DNA of 64,000 nt from assembly GCA_977030845.1 (NCBI GenBank), contig OZ365113.1, positions 20,336,001-20,400,000 on the forward strand, in the 5' to 3' direction. The notes under the pieces were generated by a model. That model did not search any database, was not told where the DNA came from, and saw nothing but the letters and a program-made list of their open reading frames with translations. Positions 26,301-37,300 of the stretch are shown here, one piece after another (position 1 is the first letter of the stretch; each line of letters begins with the position of its first letter). This DNA is from Fimbriosthenelais zetlandica. Lineage: Eukaryota. The position numbers and the translations under genes were made by a program.

Positions 26301-28886
26301 GGGTCAGGGCTCTTGCTCTCAATTATGGTCGGGTAAGTGTTTTATTATCAGCTCCTCACCCATTGGGCCGAGATGGTCACCCATGGATTCGAACCCTAAA
26401 CCCTAGACACCCGAGGCGACATCCTCACCCATTGGGCCGAGTTGGTCACCCATGGATTCGACATTCTTGACAAACTTGACATTCTCCCATGCGACTATCC
26501 CGCCACCGGACTAACGCTCAATGCTAAGTCAATGGAGCGCCGCTCGGAATTTGCAGACGGCATTTGCAGATCTATGGAACTTGGAAGCACCAAAATGAGC
26601 CTAAATTGGAATTCGTCGGTAGATTCTCATGAAAAATTCATCTTGTGTAAAAGAACAGAGGTACCGTAAGCTGTTTGAAAACCTGTAAACGGCGAGTGAA
26701 TGGAAGCAGTGTTGTGAGCGATAATAGGGGTTGCGCCCTTACGCAGCTCTACGGCAAGAGGGGGAACTAACGCTCAATGCTATATCAATGGCTACCATTC
26801 ACTTAGCATTGAACATTAGTTCCCGCTTTTGCCGGTGGTGGGGTAGTCGCATGGGGCAGAAAGTTATCTTATCTTAGTTCCTTCGTTCGTCGTATAGGTC
26901 GCGAGGGAGCCACTGGACTGTCAATGCTCGTTCTGGGCCGGGATCTGCCAAAACCCCTATTATCGCTCACTTCTCATTTCTCTCGCCGTTTACAGGTTTA
27001 CAGGCAGCGTTGCTCTGTTCTTTTGGATGCAATAGATTTTCCATCTAAATTTACCAACTGATTTCAATTCTGGCTGATTTCGGTGCTTTAATAGATCTAC
27101 AAACGCCGTCTGAAAATTCCTAGCGACACCGGCATTAACCGGCTTGGCCTTGGGCACTCAGCTGATGTTGGCGACTAGAAACAGTGCTGGCACCTGGTGG
27201 TTGACCGCTGAGGTAAAGGCGCGGCGGAGCTCAGTTCACTCTCGATGCACAAAGTAAACACTAGGTGGCTGCACTGTATCATAGCCAGACCAAGGAAAAT
27301 CGACCATCCCTGACCAGACTACTGGGGCATCGCTCAGCATTTTACATATTATAGGAAAGCACCAAAATCACCCAGAAATCTTTCGGACTGACGTCTGAAT
27401 GATTATGTTAGAAATTGTTTTTATATAGCCACCCTCCCACCCTCGTTCATTCGCCAATTGGCTTTATAATAGTTATGTAATCACGGCTAATTACTGCACC
27501 AGTTGCCAATCATTATTATAGGCCTATTATATAGGCTAATTCTAGCCACAAATTTCTTTTAGCAAAAGGTGCTACAGACACCAAATTTCGTTTAGAAATT
27601 CGCAGTCAGGTTTAGCAGATGGCTATTTAAAGGAAACATTATTGTTTTTTACCTGGAGCGTATATTAACAGCTATTTTTATGGTCTAGCCTACTAATTTA
27701 TATATCAACTAATTTTTATGTCGACTAATTTTTATGTCGACTAATTTCTGATGCACATCTTTTCCTCTCATTGGTTTGTACACAGAGGTTTAAAGCCCTT
27801 TCAAGATCAAAATAGTTATGTGTAATTTTTATTTCGCCAACTTTACGAGTAACAGTCTTTTATCTTCGCAAATTGCGACAGTGCGATCGGGTAGAACGAG
27901 CCCAGTATTGCCCACATTCGCTCATCTCCATGCCGCTAGGTCGGATGGCGCTAATTTATGGTCTAACTTTTTTTCTTTCTTTTTTTACACAGGACAAGTT
28001 ATACAGTGGCTCACACAATACCATAGAAGTCTGGGATGCTCTCGGAAAATTTACACTGAAAGGGAAAATCAACCACAAGTTTGGATCGATTCATTCCCTT
28101 GTCATCACGAGTGAAACTATAATTGCAGGTACGGCGTGCTCATTATAGGGCCTATATTATATGCTGAGTGTGGACTCCTTTTTTAAAAGTATGTAATTCA
28201 CTTAGATCTAGTTTCATTTGATTCCATAACCATTCACCTTGATTTTACAGGCACTTATAACCAGAACATCCAGGTATTTGATGTCACCTCTCAGCGGCAT
28301 CTGTACACACTATCCGGTCATATAGGAACAGTCACTTCCCTCCAAGTGGCTTTATCTGGCAGGTTCCTCTTCTCCAGCTCTGTAGATAGCAAAATCATGG
28401 TGAGGTTATTATATTATATTATATACACTACCTCGGGGAAATGGGAATATGAAGGCAGAAGCCTGATATAATTATTGATGAGAGGACTGAGGCATGATAA
28501 TGTCTTCCCTGTACTACTACTTTCGCGGTCTGAGATCTTTCTTGAATGTGGGTTTCAGATTTGGAATCTGGAAAATCATTTGCACATCCAGAGTCTTACT
28601 AGACATGAAAGCACTGTAAATACCATAGTTCTTCACGGAGATCTCTTACTCTCTGGTTCTGAAGATGCTGAAGTCAAGGTGAGTCTGCTTTCTAACATCT
28701 TTTACATGTACCGGTAGACATAATTGTACAACTCGATCAGAAATACACGTCTTTTGAAACATAATTGAGCGGATTGAAACACGTATTTGCTTGATTCTTC
28801 TTGTGTGTCCGTTATATTTGAAAACTCTTTCGAAAATACTCTCATTTTCTCTCTTCCAGGTTTTCAAACATTTCAGTTTAGCCTGA
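23166..28886 (+). CDS. TRAF7: TRAF7-like E3 ubiquitin ligase (RING, TRAF-type Zn fingers, coiled coil, 7 WD40), 14 exons, 584 aa; whole gene span
   Basis: 14 phase-consistent GT-AG exons sum to 1755 nt. C3HC4 RING CGMC..CGHTFCKIC..CPID; QIDDLDIFCKNG..VINPQGC and GLHHWVRAL segments match the TRAF7 layout; seven WD40 repeats. Orthologue versus paralogue is not resolved. Confidence 0.88.
23452..23481 (+). repeat. (GAAT)n microsatellite in TRAF7-like intron 1
   Basis: atgaatgaatgaatgaatgaatgaatgaat. Confidence 0.95.
23629..23747 (+). CDS. TRAF7: TRAF7-like exon 2
   Basis: ALQSQIDDLDIFCKNG...GCKEIIKL; tttcag / G|gtaagt. Confidence 0.9.
23885..24031 (+). CDS. TRAF7: TRAF7-like exon 3 (TRAF-type Zn finger)
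   Basis: SRHDHEEVCSFNRVPCPNNEKLC...HLLTCPCFTCRHKDR; phase 1-1. Confidence 0.9.
24158..24246 (+). CDS. TRAF7: TRAF7-like exon 4
   Basis: GCDFNGRQDEINWHSERCGY...PVE|gtaagt. Confidence 0.88.
24421..24542 (+). CDS. TRAF7: TRAF7-like exon 5 (coiled coil)
   Basis: VEELRRSNQRLEQTVTNLSDRLSELENK; donor GA|gtatga phase 2. Confidence 0.8.
24927..25142 (+). CDS. TRAF7: TRAF7-like exon 6
   Basis: ALKTIESRY...FQFKCIGTL; tctatag / AG|gtgaat. Confidence 0.85.
25432..25573 (+). CDS. TRAF7: TRAF7-like exon 7 (WD40)
   Basis: SHRGAVQALC...LYSAGKDNVIKVWE...GHSDE. Confidence 0.9.
25722..25826 (+). CDS. TRAF7: TRAF7-like exon 8 (WD40)
   Basis: IQAMCIGFSYLYSASADKTLRAWD...EVK. Confidence 0.9.
26003..26080 (+). 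CDS. TRAF7: TRAF7-like exon 9 (WD40)
   Basis: HELSDAVVNMVCTEDFVFTSTFSAIH; acattag / gtaagg. Confidence 0.8.
26246..26332 (+). CDS. TRAF7: TRAF7-like exon 10 (WD40)
   Basis: VWEAENLKQKDAIKGLHHWVRALALNYGR|gtaagt. Confidence 0.9.
26353..26461 (+). repeat. Two 40-bp direct repeats (39/40 identical), period 69 bp
   Basis: tcctcacccattgggccgag(a/t)tggtcacccatggattcga at 26353 and 26422. Confidence 0.95.
26486..27135. repeat. Nested inverted-repeat (foldback-like) structure in TRAF7-like intron 10
   Basis: 26536-26732 is inverted at ~26950-27130, including a perfect 19-bp match gtgagcgataataggggtt. Internal ~40-bp hairpin at 26752-26791 / 26795-26834. 26486-26535 is inverted at 26795-26856. Confidence 0.85.
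27708..27747 (+). repeat. 16-bp tandem repeat (actaatttttatgtcg) x2.5
   Basis: Seen directly. Confidence 0.9.
27993..28128 (+). CDS. TRAF7: TRAF7-like exon 11 (WD40)
   Basis: DKLYSGSHNTIEVWD...ETIIA; long polypyrimidine acceptor. Confidence 0.9.
28251..28399 (+). CDS. TRAF7: TRAF7-like exon 12 (WD40)
   Basis: GTYNQNIQVFD...SGHIGTVTSL...SSSVDSKIM. Confidence 0.9.
28559..28678 (+). CDS. TRAF7: TRAF7-like exon 13 (WD40)
   Basis: IWNLENHLHIQSLTRHESTVN...LSGSEDAEVK|gtgagt. Confidence 0.9.
28860..28886 (+). CDS. TRAF7: TRAF7-like exon 14 (VFKHFSLA*)
   Basis: Strong acceptor tctcttccag; completes WD7; TGA at 28884-28886. Confidence 0.8.
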   Translation, partial: VFKHFSLA

Positions 28887-29444
28887 ATATCTGCGCCTTG
28901 ATCTGAATGACAAAAATATAGTAAAGCAAGAGACGTCCTGCTCCCGCGATCGCAGGCTTCAATAGACAGCGAATGTTAGTGGAATTTTCTTTTTCCAATT
29001 CTAGACTGTAAGAAAAATTTCAAGACGTCAACTTGTCCTTGTCACAGAGCCTAAAATGATAATGTGATTGTAGATTTCTCTACACTGTCGGTGTCGTGTG
29101 ATAAATCATAACCTTGCCTATGGGGAAGGGTAATGGCATTTGGGCCATCTCAGAATTAACGAGTGGCATCTTTGATGTCTATCTACTTGTGATAGTAGGC
29201 CTAAAATCTGCTGATAGCTTTGAAATGTACTGACTTAGGAAGTGAAGCATTTATATTTTATAGAAAGTCCCTTACAATCTCTGAAAAATACGGCATTTAT
29301 TATTTTCTAAGTAATTATATGTAATTTTGTAGATTCCATAGAAAGACTTAATTATCAACGAAGTGATATTTCCAACGGTACCAAATCACCATTCATTCAT
29401 TCATTCCAACGGTATTCATGCGTTCATATATATTGATAATCAGG

Positions 29445-29450
29445 AATAAA
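29445..29450 (+). terminator. Candidate poly(A) signal of TRAF7-like gene
   Basis: AATAAA ~560 nt after the stop. Confidence 0.45.
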
Positions 29451-29549
29451 TCTCATGTGGATCCATTTATGAGCTTCGCCTTTGCAAAATCCCTCGAGTT
29501 CCTCCACTAATGTGTAATCAAACTGTACTCATAACTAAAATGTAGAGTA

Positions 29550-29745
29550 TCAAGCGGTGGCGGACCCACAGTGGGGGTTATAAGGTTTGTAGCACCCCCC
29601 TTAAAAATGTTATTTTTCAAAAGGAAGGCATTTAGTTTGAAAAAAGGAAGGACAGAAAGACATATTTCAAGGGATTCACATGGAGATAGGTGGTCTGAAA
29701 TTTCAGTCTGGAAGTATGAGGGGACGGGGGCAGACTTGGATCCAT
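29550..29745. mobile_element. Degenerate GTGGCGGATCC-type MITE remnant
   Basis: Left end gcggtggcggacccacagtgggg, right end ttggatcc, internal poly-G/C runs; recall-based. Confidence 0.3.
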
Positions 29746-32700
29746 CTTTACGAAGTGTGTAAAAGATCTGGACCACCCATACATGACGCTCATCACCTCC
29801 TGTCATCGTCTAAATATCTCAACTAAATGTACACGGCACCCAACTGATGAGTAGACGCTCCCTCTTACAGAAAAAAACACTCTTCCTCTAAACTCCTGTT
29901 GACCAATGTATGGTATGTTTATGTAACTTTTTAACTTCATATGACCGATTGGAGGAGGATGGACAGTCGTATAATAGCTTAGGAAAAGCAACGCGTATAG
30001 AAAGACCTTCTTTCTATACCCGTTTGTTTGGAAGAGAAAATATTAGAAAACTAAACCTTAGTTCAGCTCCCCTCCACTGGGTCGGATGGTTCTGACTTAC
30101 GGGCCATTTCAGTTTACATTTATTTCACATCACAGCCACTGGGTCGGATGCTTATTATATCGTATGATAAATATAATAGATTTCGGATCTATTTTGTCGT
30201 TTAAGTATGCAAGCAGCCACAAAATCGAATGTTTATATGTTCTTGTTTTCTTGTTTGGCAGTTGCATGATGGCATGTGCTTTCTTATCTATACCAAGCAC
30301 CAGACAACCAAGTGACGCAACGACGATCCTGCAAAGATGTCTATCTCTGGATCTGCAACTGGTACTCAAAGTTTTTGTCGCTCTAATACCTTTTAAAATG
30401 ATCATATCTACGGAAGTTTACTCGCAAAGCATAAAGTCCTGTAAGAATCGGTGGGCCTATTGAGAAGAGAGTGCACGGGTGCAAATTAGGGATTGTAAAC
30501 CTAAGCGTATACTTTGTAATCGGCTAACTGATATCCTAGGGGCCTCGATTCAATGCGTTGACCTACAAAGTGCGATTAATTATCACTTGGGGTCAGCAAT
30601 GTCCACATAGTTCTATATATAGCGAAACGCATTGCATGAGGTGTACACACCACTGCACACTGGCACCTTCCACACTGGACATAGAGTTGAAATCATCTGA
30701 AAAATTAGACCTAAGCTTTCAAGACTTGTTGATCCACATGTCTCTGACCTGCCGTGGATTGAAGGGAATAGACCATGCAGGTATAGTATTACACTTATCT
30801 ATGTACTGTAGATTATAGGAGAGGTTGGAGGGTGGCCACATGTCATTGATACAATCTGAATTTTGAAGGGAAGAGTGATGGCCTCCGCAAAGCTGATTGA
30901 AGTATCGAAAATCCATTTCAAAAACCATCATATCCAGAACTACCAGACACCTGAGCTGTCACTTCGAGGTCCGATTTGTTGACGGGTGTTGGTATTGGTC
31001 TACGGCCACTGGTATCTTTGGTATGGGTTTTCAAATGCTGAGGTTATATAGGGCTTATGGCATGAACTGTCAATGGTAGTCGCCTATATGCCTACTATAA
31101 TAGTCAAATGATAATCCAAATCTCATTAAGAAATAGAAGTGAAAAAGAAACAGGTCCTCATTTCAATATTACTGGCCCTCACCCTTGACCATGCAAACCC
31201 TTGTCGGTAAAAAAGTCTCCATGGACATTCATTTGTAAAATTCAGATACGGAACATTTAATATGTCATGAGCCTATATTAAAACAGGCTTTAGCAGCTTG
31301 CATAGCGTTAAATGACCATTCATTCATTATTACAACAGGCAATGAGGACACCAAATAATCTTGCAGGCAGTCGTCCGGGGTAATCTCGAAGTCGAAAGCA
31401 AGGTAGGTCTGAAAAACAATTCCTAAAAATCAATTCTATAGGATTCCATTAACATAAGGTTAAATGAATTGAGTATGTCTATAATATGAGCTAAGAAACA
31501 GAAAAAACTGCTTCTTATGCCATCTATCGCGAAAGCGAGTAATGTTGCATTTATCTGAAAGTGATGGTTTACTTTAGAGGAAAACATCCTGTTTTTATTA
31601 CATTAATGGGTTGAGTCCTGCATCTCGTATCTTGTTCAATATCTTGAGTGTGAGATCCCATTTCACTTTTTACCGAGCATGGTGAAAATCAAGCCACATC
31701 ATGCATATTGAACCAGTTGCAGCACATTATTAGTTCAGGTGGATAACTCTTTCCCACAGTCAATCATGGCACTTCTTACGTAGGAACTGGCTTGGTGTAT
31801 TTTCCCTTATAATGAGCGCATATCCAGGAAGTTTATTTTAAAAGACACGATCTTCCCACCACTCGGTGTAGGCAGAACTCCCACCTGTCTTCGGCAACCT
31901 ATGAGATTCCTGCTCTTCCCTGCTCACGTGCCCAGGCCAGGAGTAGTTCCTGTTTCCAAAGCAGATTCATGGCAACCATTCATAATGAGATTATCATACA
32001 CTCGTTCAACAAGAATAAGCCATTTATACGGCAATATTTATGGGATAACAAAGTGTAAATGAAAGGTCATCCTGAATGCTTTTGAATAATTCCCATGCAA
32101 ATTTGTGTTACGCGAGATCTTTAACAAAACCATGTATCTCTCAATCTTAGAGATGCAACATCATACGTATTACAGAAGATTAGAAATTGAAAATTATGTC
32201 AGCAAGCGAATTTTCATCTTTATATTAATATATAGGGTACTATATTATGCAAAAACTGTCCCCTTAGATTGACCATCATGGTTTTCATTTTGAAAAGGGG
32301 TGAAAAGATGTCTGTAGTAAATACGTCCCTAATGATTTCCAACAACATGTAATATTATAGCACATGCTGGACTAACTGGTACAATATTTATCTTAAACCT
32401 GAGTTCACCCGGCTTTTATGAACACAGATGAAGATAAAATACTCACGTCTCTAACGCTCCCGACACTTGGACCCACAGTGATAAATCTATTTTGAAGTTC
32501 CCTGGTCCAAAATGTAAAAGGCTCTGATAAAAAAATATCAGAGAGAATTTAACTTTCCTTGGCCTGAGGAACCCACCTGACAACCCCAGCCCCCCTTCCA
32601 AGGCTGCATCTCCCCCATCTGGCGCGTGGCCCCACTTTATAGGTCGCTACTTTCCCACGTCCTTCCCAGCTCTTTATCCGGCCAGTTACCTGGAGCCACT

Positions 32701-33904
32701 AACTCACGGAGCTGCTCAGAGGTGGCGCCACTAGCGCGCGGCTTGATACCGCACCAAACGTTTAACATGTCAATATTTTTTGTGTTTTATTTTTCTCCTC
32801 CACGGGTACCCCAATCTGTACAAGATTAAAAAAGCATAAAGCAGGGGGATATGGGAATGTAAGAAAAAGAGCCACATTAGATGAAATGATTTAAATACTA
32901 ATATTTTGAAATATGGAAAGCTGCAATTATTTTCCACATACAAGGTTTGCTTGAAAGAGAGATACGGCGCAAACACTAACTTCATCATCAAATTGATGGT
33001 GGTAATAGAGACAAACAAACCTATCCAAACTTGTTAGTCTGAAATACTTGGAGATATCGTTCTAATGAAAGAGTTAAAAGTATACTAACTTAACAATGAA
33101 TAGAAAGACTTTTACACAGGAACATAGAACTTAAAATTCAAGTATAAACAGAAGAAGGGACAATCTTGTGAACTAGCTTTCAAAATGTGCATATATATAA
33201 TTCACGATATGACATCATCTTGGGTGATATACCAGAGGAAAGGTCGGGAAAGATGAAAGAGCCGGTTATCAGCCAAACTTGTTCCCACAGATGTAAAGCT
33301 CCAAAGAAAACTCCCAGAAACTTTACGTCAGTTATTCAAAATGCATATCCACCGTGAGAATCTGGCATGAGATTGACCTTGTAAACCATGGATAAAAGAA
33401 CTTAAACTAAAACTTAAAATAATTCATGAATGGATATGCATAGACCAAGAAAGTATTCATTCTTCTTAAGGGTTTGTTTCTAGTATACGGTGGGAGCCCC
33501 AGCTTCTACTTTTAGACCTATTTGTAATCTTCGATAAATCATGACCTGAGATACCCATAACGCTGAGATACCAGCCTGTGGGACTGGAAGATAACCTTTG
33601 CTCTCTTACATACCTTTCCCACGCTACCTTGGTATACAGGTGTGTTAGGTAGGTGTGCCTGCCACTACTCCAACCACTCACCTGCATGCGGAATCATCAT
33701 CAGAAGCCTCTACCTGAAGGGCTGCTCAGAGCTTATGCCAAGTATATAAGCGATACGTAAGGCTTGGGGTGCTTTCGAAATTTGAGTAATACACAATCTA
33801 AAAAATCTTATTAAATACATACTTATTACATATTGATCTCGAGCTGCATGTCTTCAGGTCTAGTTTTCTTTTCTTCCTCCACCCCCCGCTCACACCCACA
33901 CCCT

Positions 33905-34332
33905 CTTCTCAAATTCACTCCTTACTCCCTCCCTCCTCTCATGCACCCACCCCCTCCTATCTAATTCGCACCTTTCTACAGCTAACGCCCCTCTCTCTCC
34001 TTTCTCCAACACCCCTCCCTCTAATTCGCCCCTTTCTACAGCTATCTCCCTCCCTCCTCTCTCCCATACCCTCCTATCTAATTCGCCCCTTTCTGCAGCT
34101 ATCGCCCACCCTCCCTCCTCTCAACCACGCCCTCCTATCTAATTCGCCCCTTTATACAGCAATCGCCCTCCCTCCCTCCTCTCTCCCACATCCTCTCCTT
34201 TAATTCGCCCCTTTCTACGGCTATCTCCCTCCATACTCCCACCCGCACCCTCACCTCTAATTAATTCGCCCTACCGCTATGCCCCCCCCCCCCTTTATAC
34301 AGCAATCGCCCTCCCTCCCTCCTCTCTCCCGC
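33905..34332 (+). repeat. ~58-61-bp minisatellite, ~6 units plus degenerate flanks; same family as 20721-21000 in opposite orientation
   Basis: Units start ctaattcgcccctttctacagctatc at about 33961, 34021, 34078, 34139, 34200, 34261. Confidence 0.9.
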
Positions 34333-37300
34333 ACGCTGAACTGCTCATGACCACTCTTACCCCTCACCTGGACCTTCTCCATCCACTACCCTCTACCGCA
34401 TGGGTTGACGTAAATTTTACCCAGATAGGGGCCCTTTTCATAAGAACAAATGCCCTTTCTTGACCATGGCAGTACCTGGCAACACTTTAACGTTGCCCCT
34501 TCATGTGCCTCTACTTCTGTGAGTCCCCTTGATCTCATTAAATTAGTGCCAGTCTGCTCACAACTGATTATAGCTGGTATAAACTGCTCATAGCCATGCA
34601 CTTATGCTTTTGCTCCTGGTTGAGTCTTGCCCACAAAGGCTCAGTACCTTTGGGTACCTCAATAACAAAAAGTCCCATATCTTCAATCACTTTGCTGTCT
34701 GTTGGATTTTCTGTCACGTGCCATCTATTTCAAGAAGGAATGGCACGTGGTGCGACAACCGCGCCCCCTGCTCTGCCAACCTGGCACTTGTGTGATGTGA
34801 AAGTATTGGATTGTGTGGAACTTGCGGAAGCATGCGGGAGTTCAGTGAGCTCTATTTTGATAATACCGGCAATATCAAAGAACAAAGAATTGGCAAATTC
34901 TTCCTTCTTGACAAATATGAACTGGTGTCCAACCCCCTGGAAAGGGGAAGGATTGATGAGATTCCCCCCCCCCCCCACCAAACTTACATACACAGACAGC
35001 ATACGACAGTTCTCCAAATGTAGGTCCATTAGAATACTATAAAGTAATTAATTCATCACTTTGTCTGCGAGTAGCTAGGTGTCCTTGGATGGCGTTGAGT
35101 TAGCTTGTACCCGTCTATCTTGGTGTCCTGGGGGTGTAGGTGTGTACTAACCATGTTTTCCCAGGTAACTGTAGATCAACATACCGATATCAATGTCTCC
35201 ATGGTGACTAAAACAGGTTGTCTCCATAATATTGTAGGGGGTCACTACAAAAGGGTATCTAGTGAGGGGGTGCATGGAAAATTAAGTCTTGTGCAACAGC
35301 AATCAGGTTGGTCACGTTTCTATAGAAAGATATCCTGCATTATTTACATTATAACCAGTCACATACTAATTCATATGGAATCGCAGATACCAGATAAGAA
35401 ATATTGTGCCCCCTTCCCCACCGCTGCCCCTCCAATTCTTTTCACCAGACATGCTCGGTGGCTGCATGGAACCACCAGCCACAAAAAAATTGCCAAAAGT
35501 TGTAAAAATAGTCTCCTAACCCTGGGGTAGAACATACCTGCATGCCTGAAGAACATCAGAAAGTAAATAGATGTCGGCATGCACGTCCTGCTTGCAACAC
35601 GACCAGGGTGCCATGCAGTGGCAGAACAACAAAACAAATATCAAAGGTATAAACACGTTGCGTCATCATTGATAAAAAAGATGGATTCCTGGAGGTTAGG
35701 CTTAGCTAGTGTTATATGCCGGTTCCTAAATCTCTGAAGAATGCTTCTCATAATAGTGGGAGGCGCAGGTGTGGATGTTTAGCACATTGAGATTAGTAGA
35801 TAGATAGGAATACTACCTGCCCACAAATTTTATGCGCGAAGCTTGTAATATTATAACATGGATTTGCAGAGGCTGTATTATATATGGCTCTTCAGAACTA
35901 TTTTTTCTAATTTAGAAAAAATGGGATCATCAACAAAATGATAGCATAGGCCTATATATGCAGTACATTAGCTATTCTCCTGATTAAATGCCAAGATAAT
36001 CAGGATGATAAGCAAATGGTAAGCAATACTTTTCAATATAAATCGATAGTATAGGCAGTGAAATGATCGTGCTAAATAATCCAATCTGAAACGTTCTATT
36101 TTCTGACCTCTAAGGCATACAATCATCAGCAGAATCAAATGAGCGGCCTTCTCTGTCCACCGAGAGGCATTCGAGGTTGCACTGAGGGAACTTAGAGAGG
36201 TCGAAGGGCAGGCTCCTCATATGAACCTGTACTTGCTCAACTCCCATTCACAGACCACCCCAGTATTTAGCATGCTTGAGTAGGAGGGTCTTCTGGCAGA
36301 TATAGAAATGACCGCGTGAGTAAGTTAGCAAGGCTGGTGGTGTACTCCCCAGAGTAAGGGCATACAGGTACACACCACCTACAGGTAGCTATCACATCAG
36401 GTCAAGCCACGATGCTGGGCTTCTCATGCCTCTATAACATGTAGTACTTTAACCCGGGTTTCAGCCAAGCTTGAAGCAATCACTCGCTTCATTTGACATG
36501 CTGGCTGACCAGATTTCGACCCGGCTGAAGGTCTCGGCTTTTAAGGCGTGGACATAGATCCGAAACAGACCTATATTAATGAAAGTACTCTGCCTAATCT
36601 AGTGCAAGACAAATGAATGACATTTTCTTGTCTTCCTGTGTGCCTCATATACTATAAATGATTTCAGGTTATCTAATAATGCAGTATGGAATCAAAGTGA
36701 AATGATTTTGCCATTTGCACATGTGCAGAAACTTACAATTTATTTAAACGAATTTTGAAAATCAGAGGAGGGCTCTAGCCACATAATCGGACAAGGATCC
36801 GCCATCTTGTGGAAAGTTTTTTTTTCTCTTGATACATAACACCACCCACCCCCCATCAAGTAACTTTTTAAACCCCGTTTGTTTATCATTAGAATTTGGC
36901 CAACCGACCATAAATCTTTCTTTTTAAAAAGGTAGGGGAGATACCAGTGACGTGGAAGACCGATTTTCAAGCTCTGGACTTCCATCACCACAGGCCAGTC
37001 ACTTCCTCTCTTCTCCTGGTATTATCGCTCAGAGGGGAGCATGTCGGCCGTCCACATGGTGTCTACAGGCCCTATGTTAACTCACCCATGTATGGCTGCC
37101 ACCTCAGAGGGGGGTGGGCGACAGGTGCAGAAGAATCTGTCAATCATGTCCTCTGGGAACAAATAACTTTTGTTTTGTAATCTTCTAATGCATTGCCGTA
37201 ATGCCAAGATAAATCAATAGCATCAGAATCGGAATAGACTTTGTCCATACAGAACTCGGACACTGCTTTTCCCGTGCAATCTTAATTTTAAATTTGATTT

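Noticed and set aside
26246-26669. ORFs 26246-26470 and 26442-26669 extending past exon 10
   Set aside because: Read-through into intron 10 repeats; the strong donor at 26333 and downstream WD40 exons define the real structure.
30400-32200. Protein-like minus-strand frames (YTEWWEDRVF..., FEMDFRYFNQLCGG...)
   Set aside because: About 9 stops per 170 codons is what random sequence gives; no family recognised.
20721-34332. Minisatellite arrays as CRISPR-like repeat-spacer arrays
   Set aside because: Eukaryotic context, spacers are related low-complexity C/T tracts rather than unique sequences, and no cas genes are present.
36100-36560. Protein-like frames on both strands, including SADDC
   Set aside because: Stop density is near random and the RT context motifs are missing.
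36935-36975. GGGGAGATACCA match to the U1 snRNA 5' region
   Set aside because: 12-nt match only; no ATACTTACCTG 5' end, no Sm site and no further stems.
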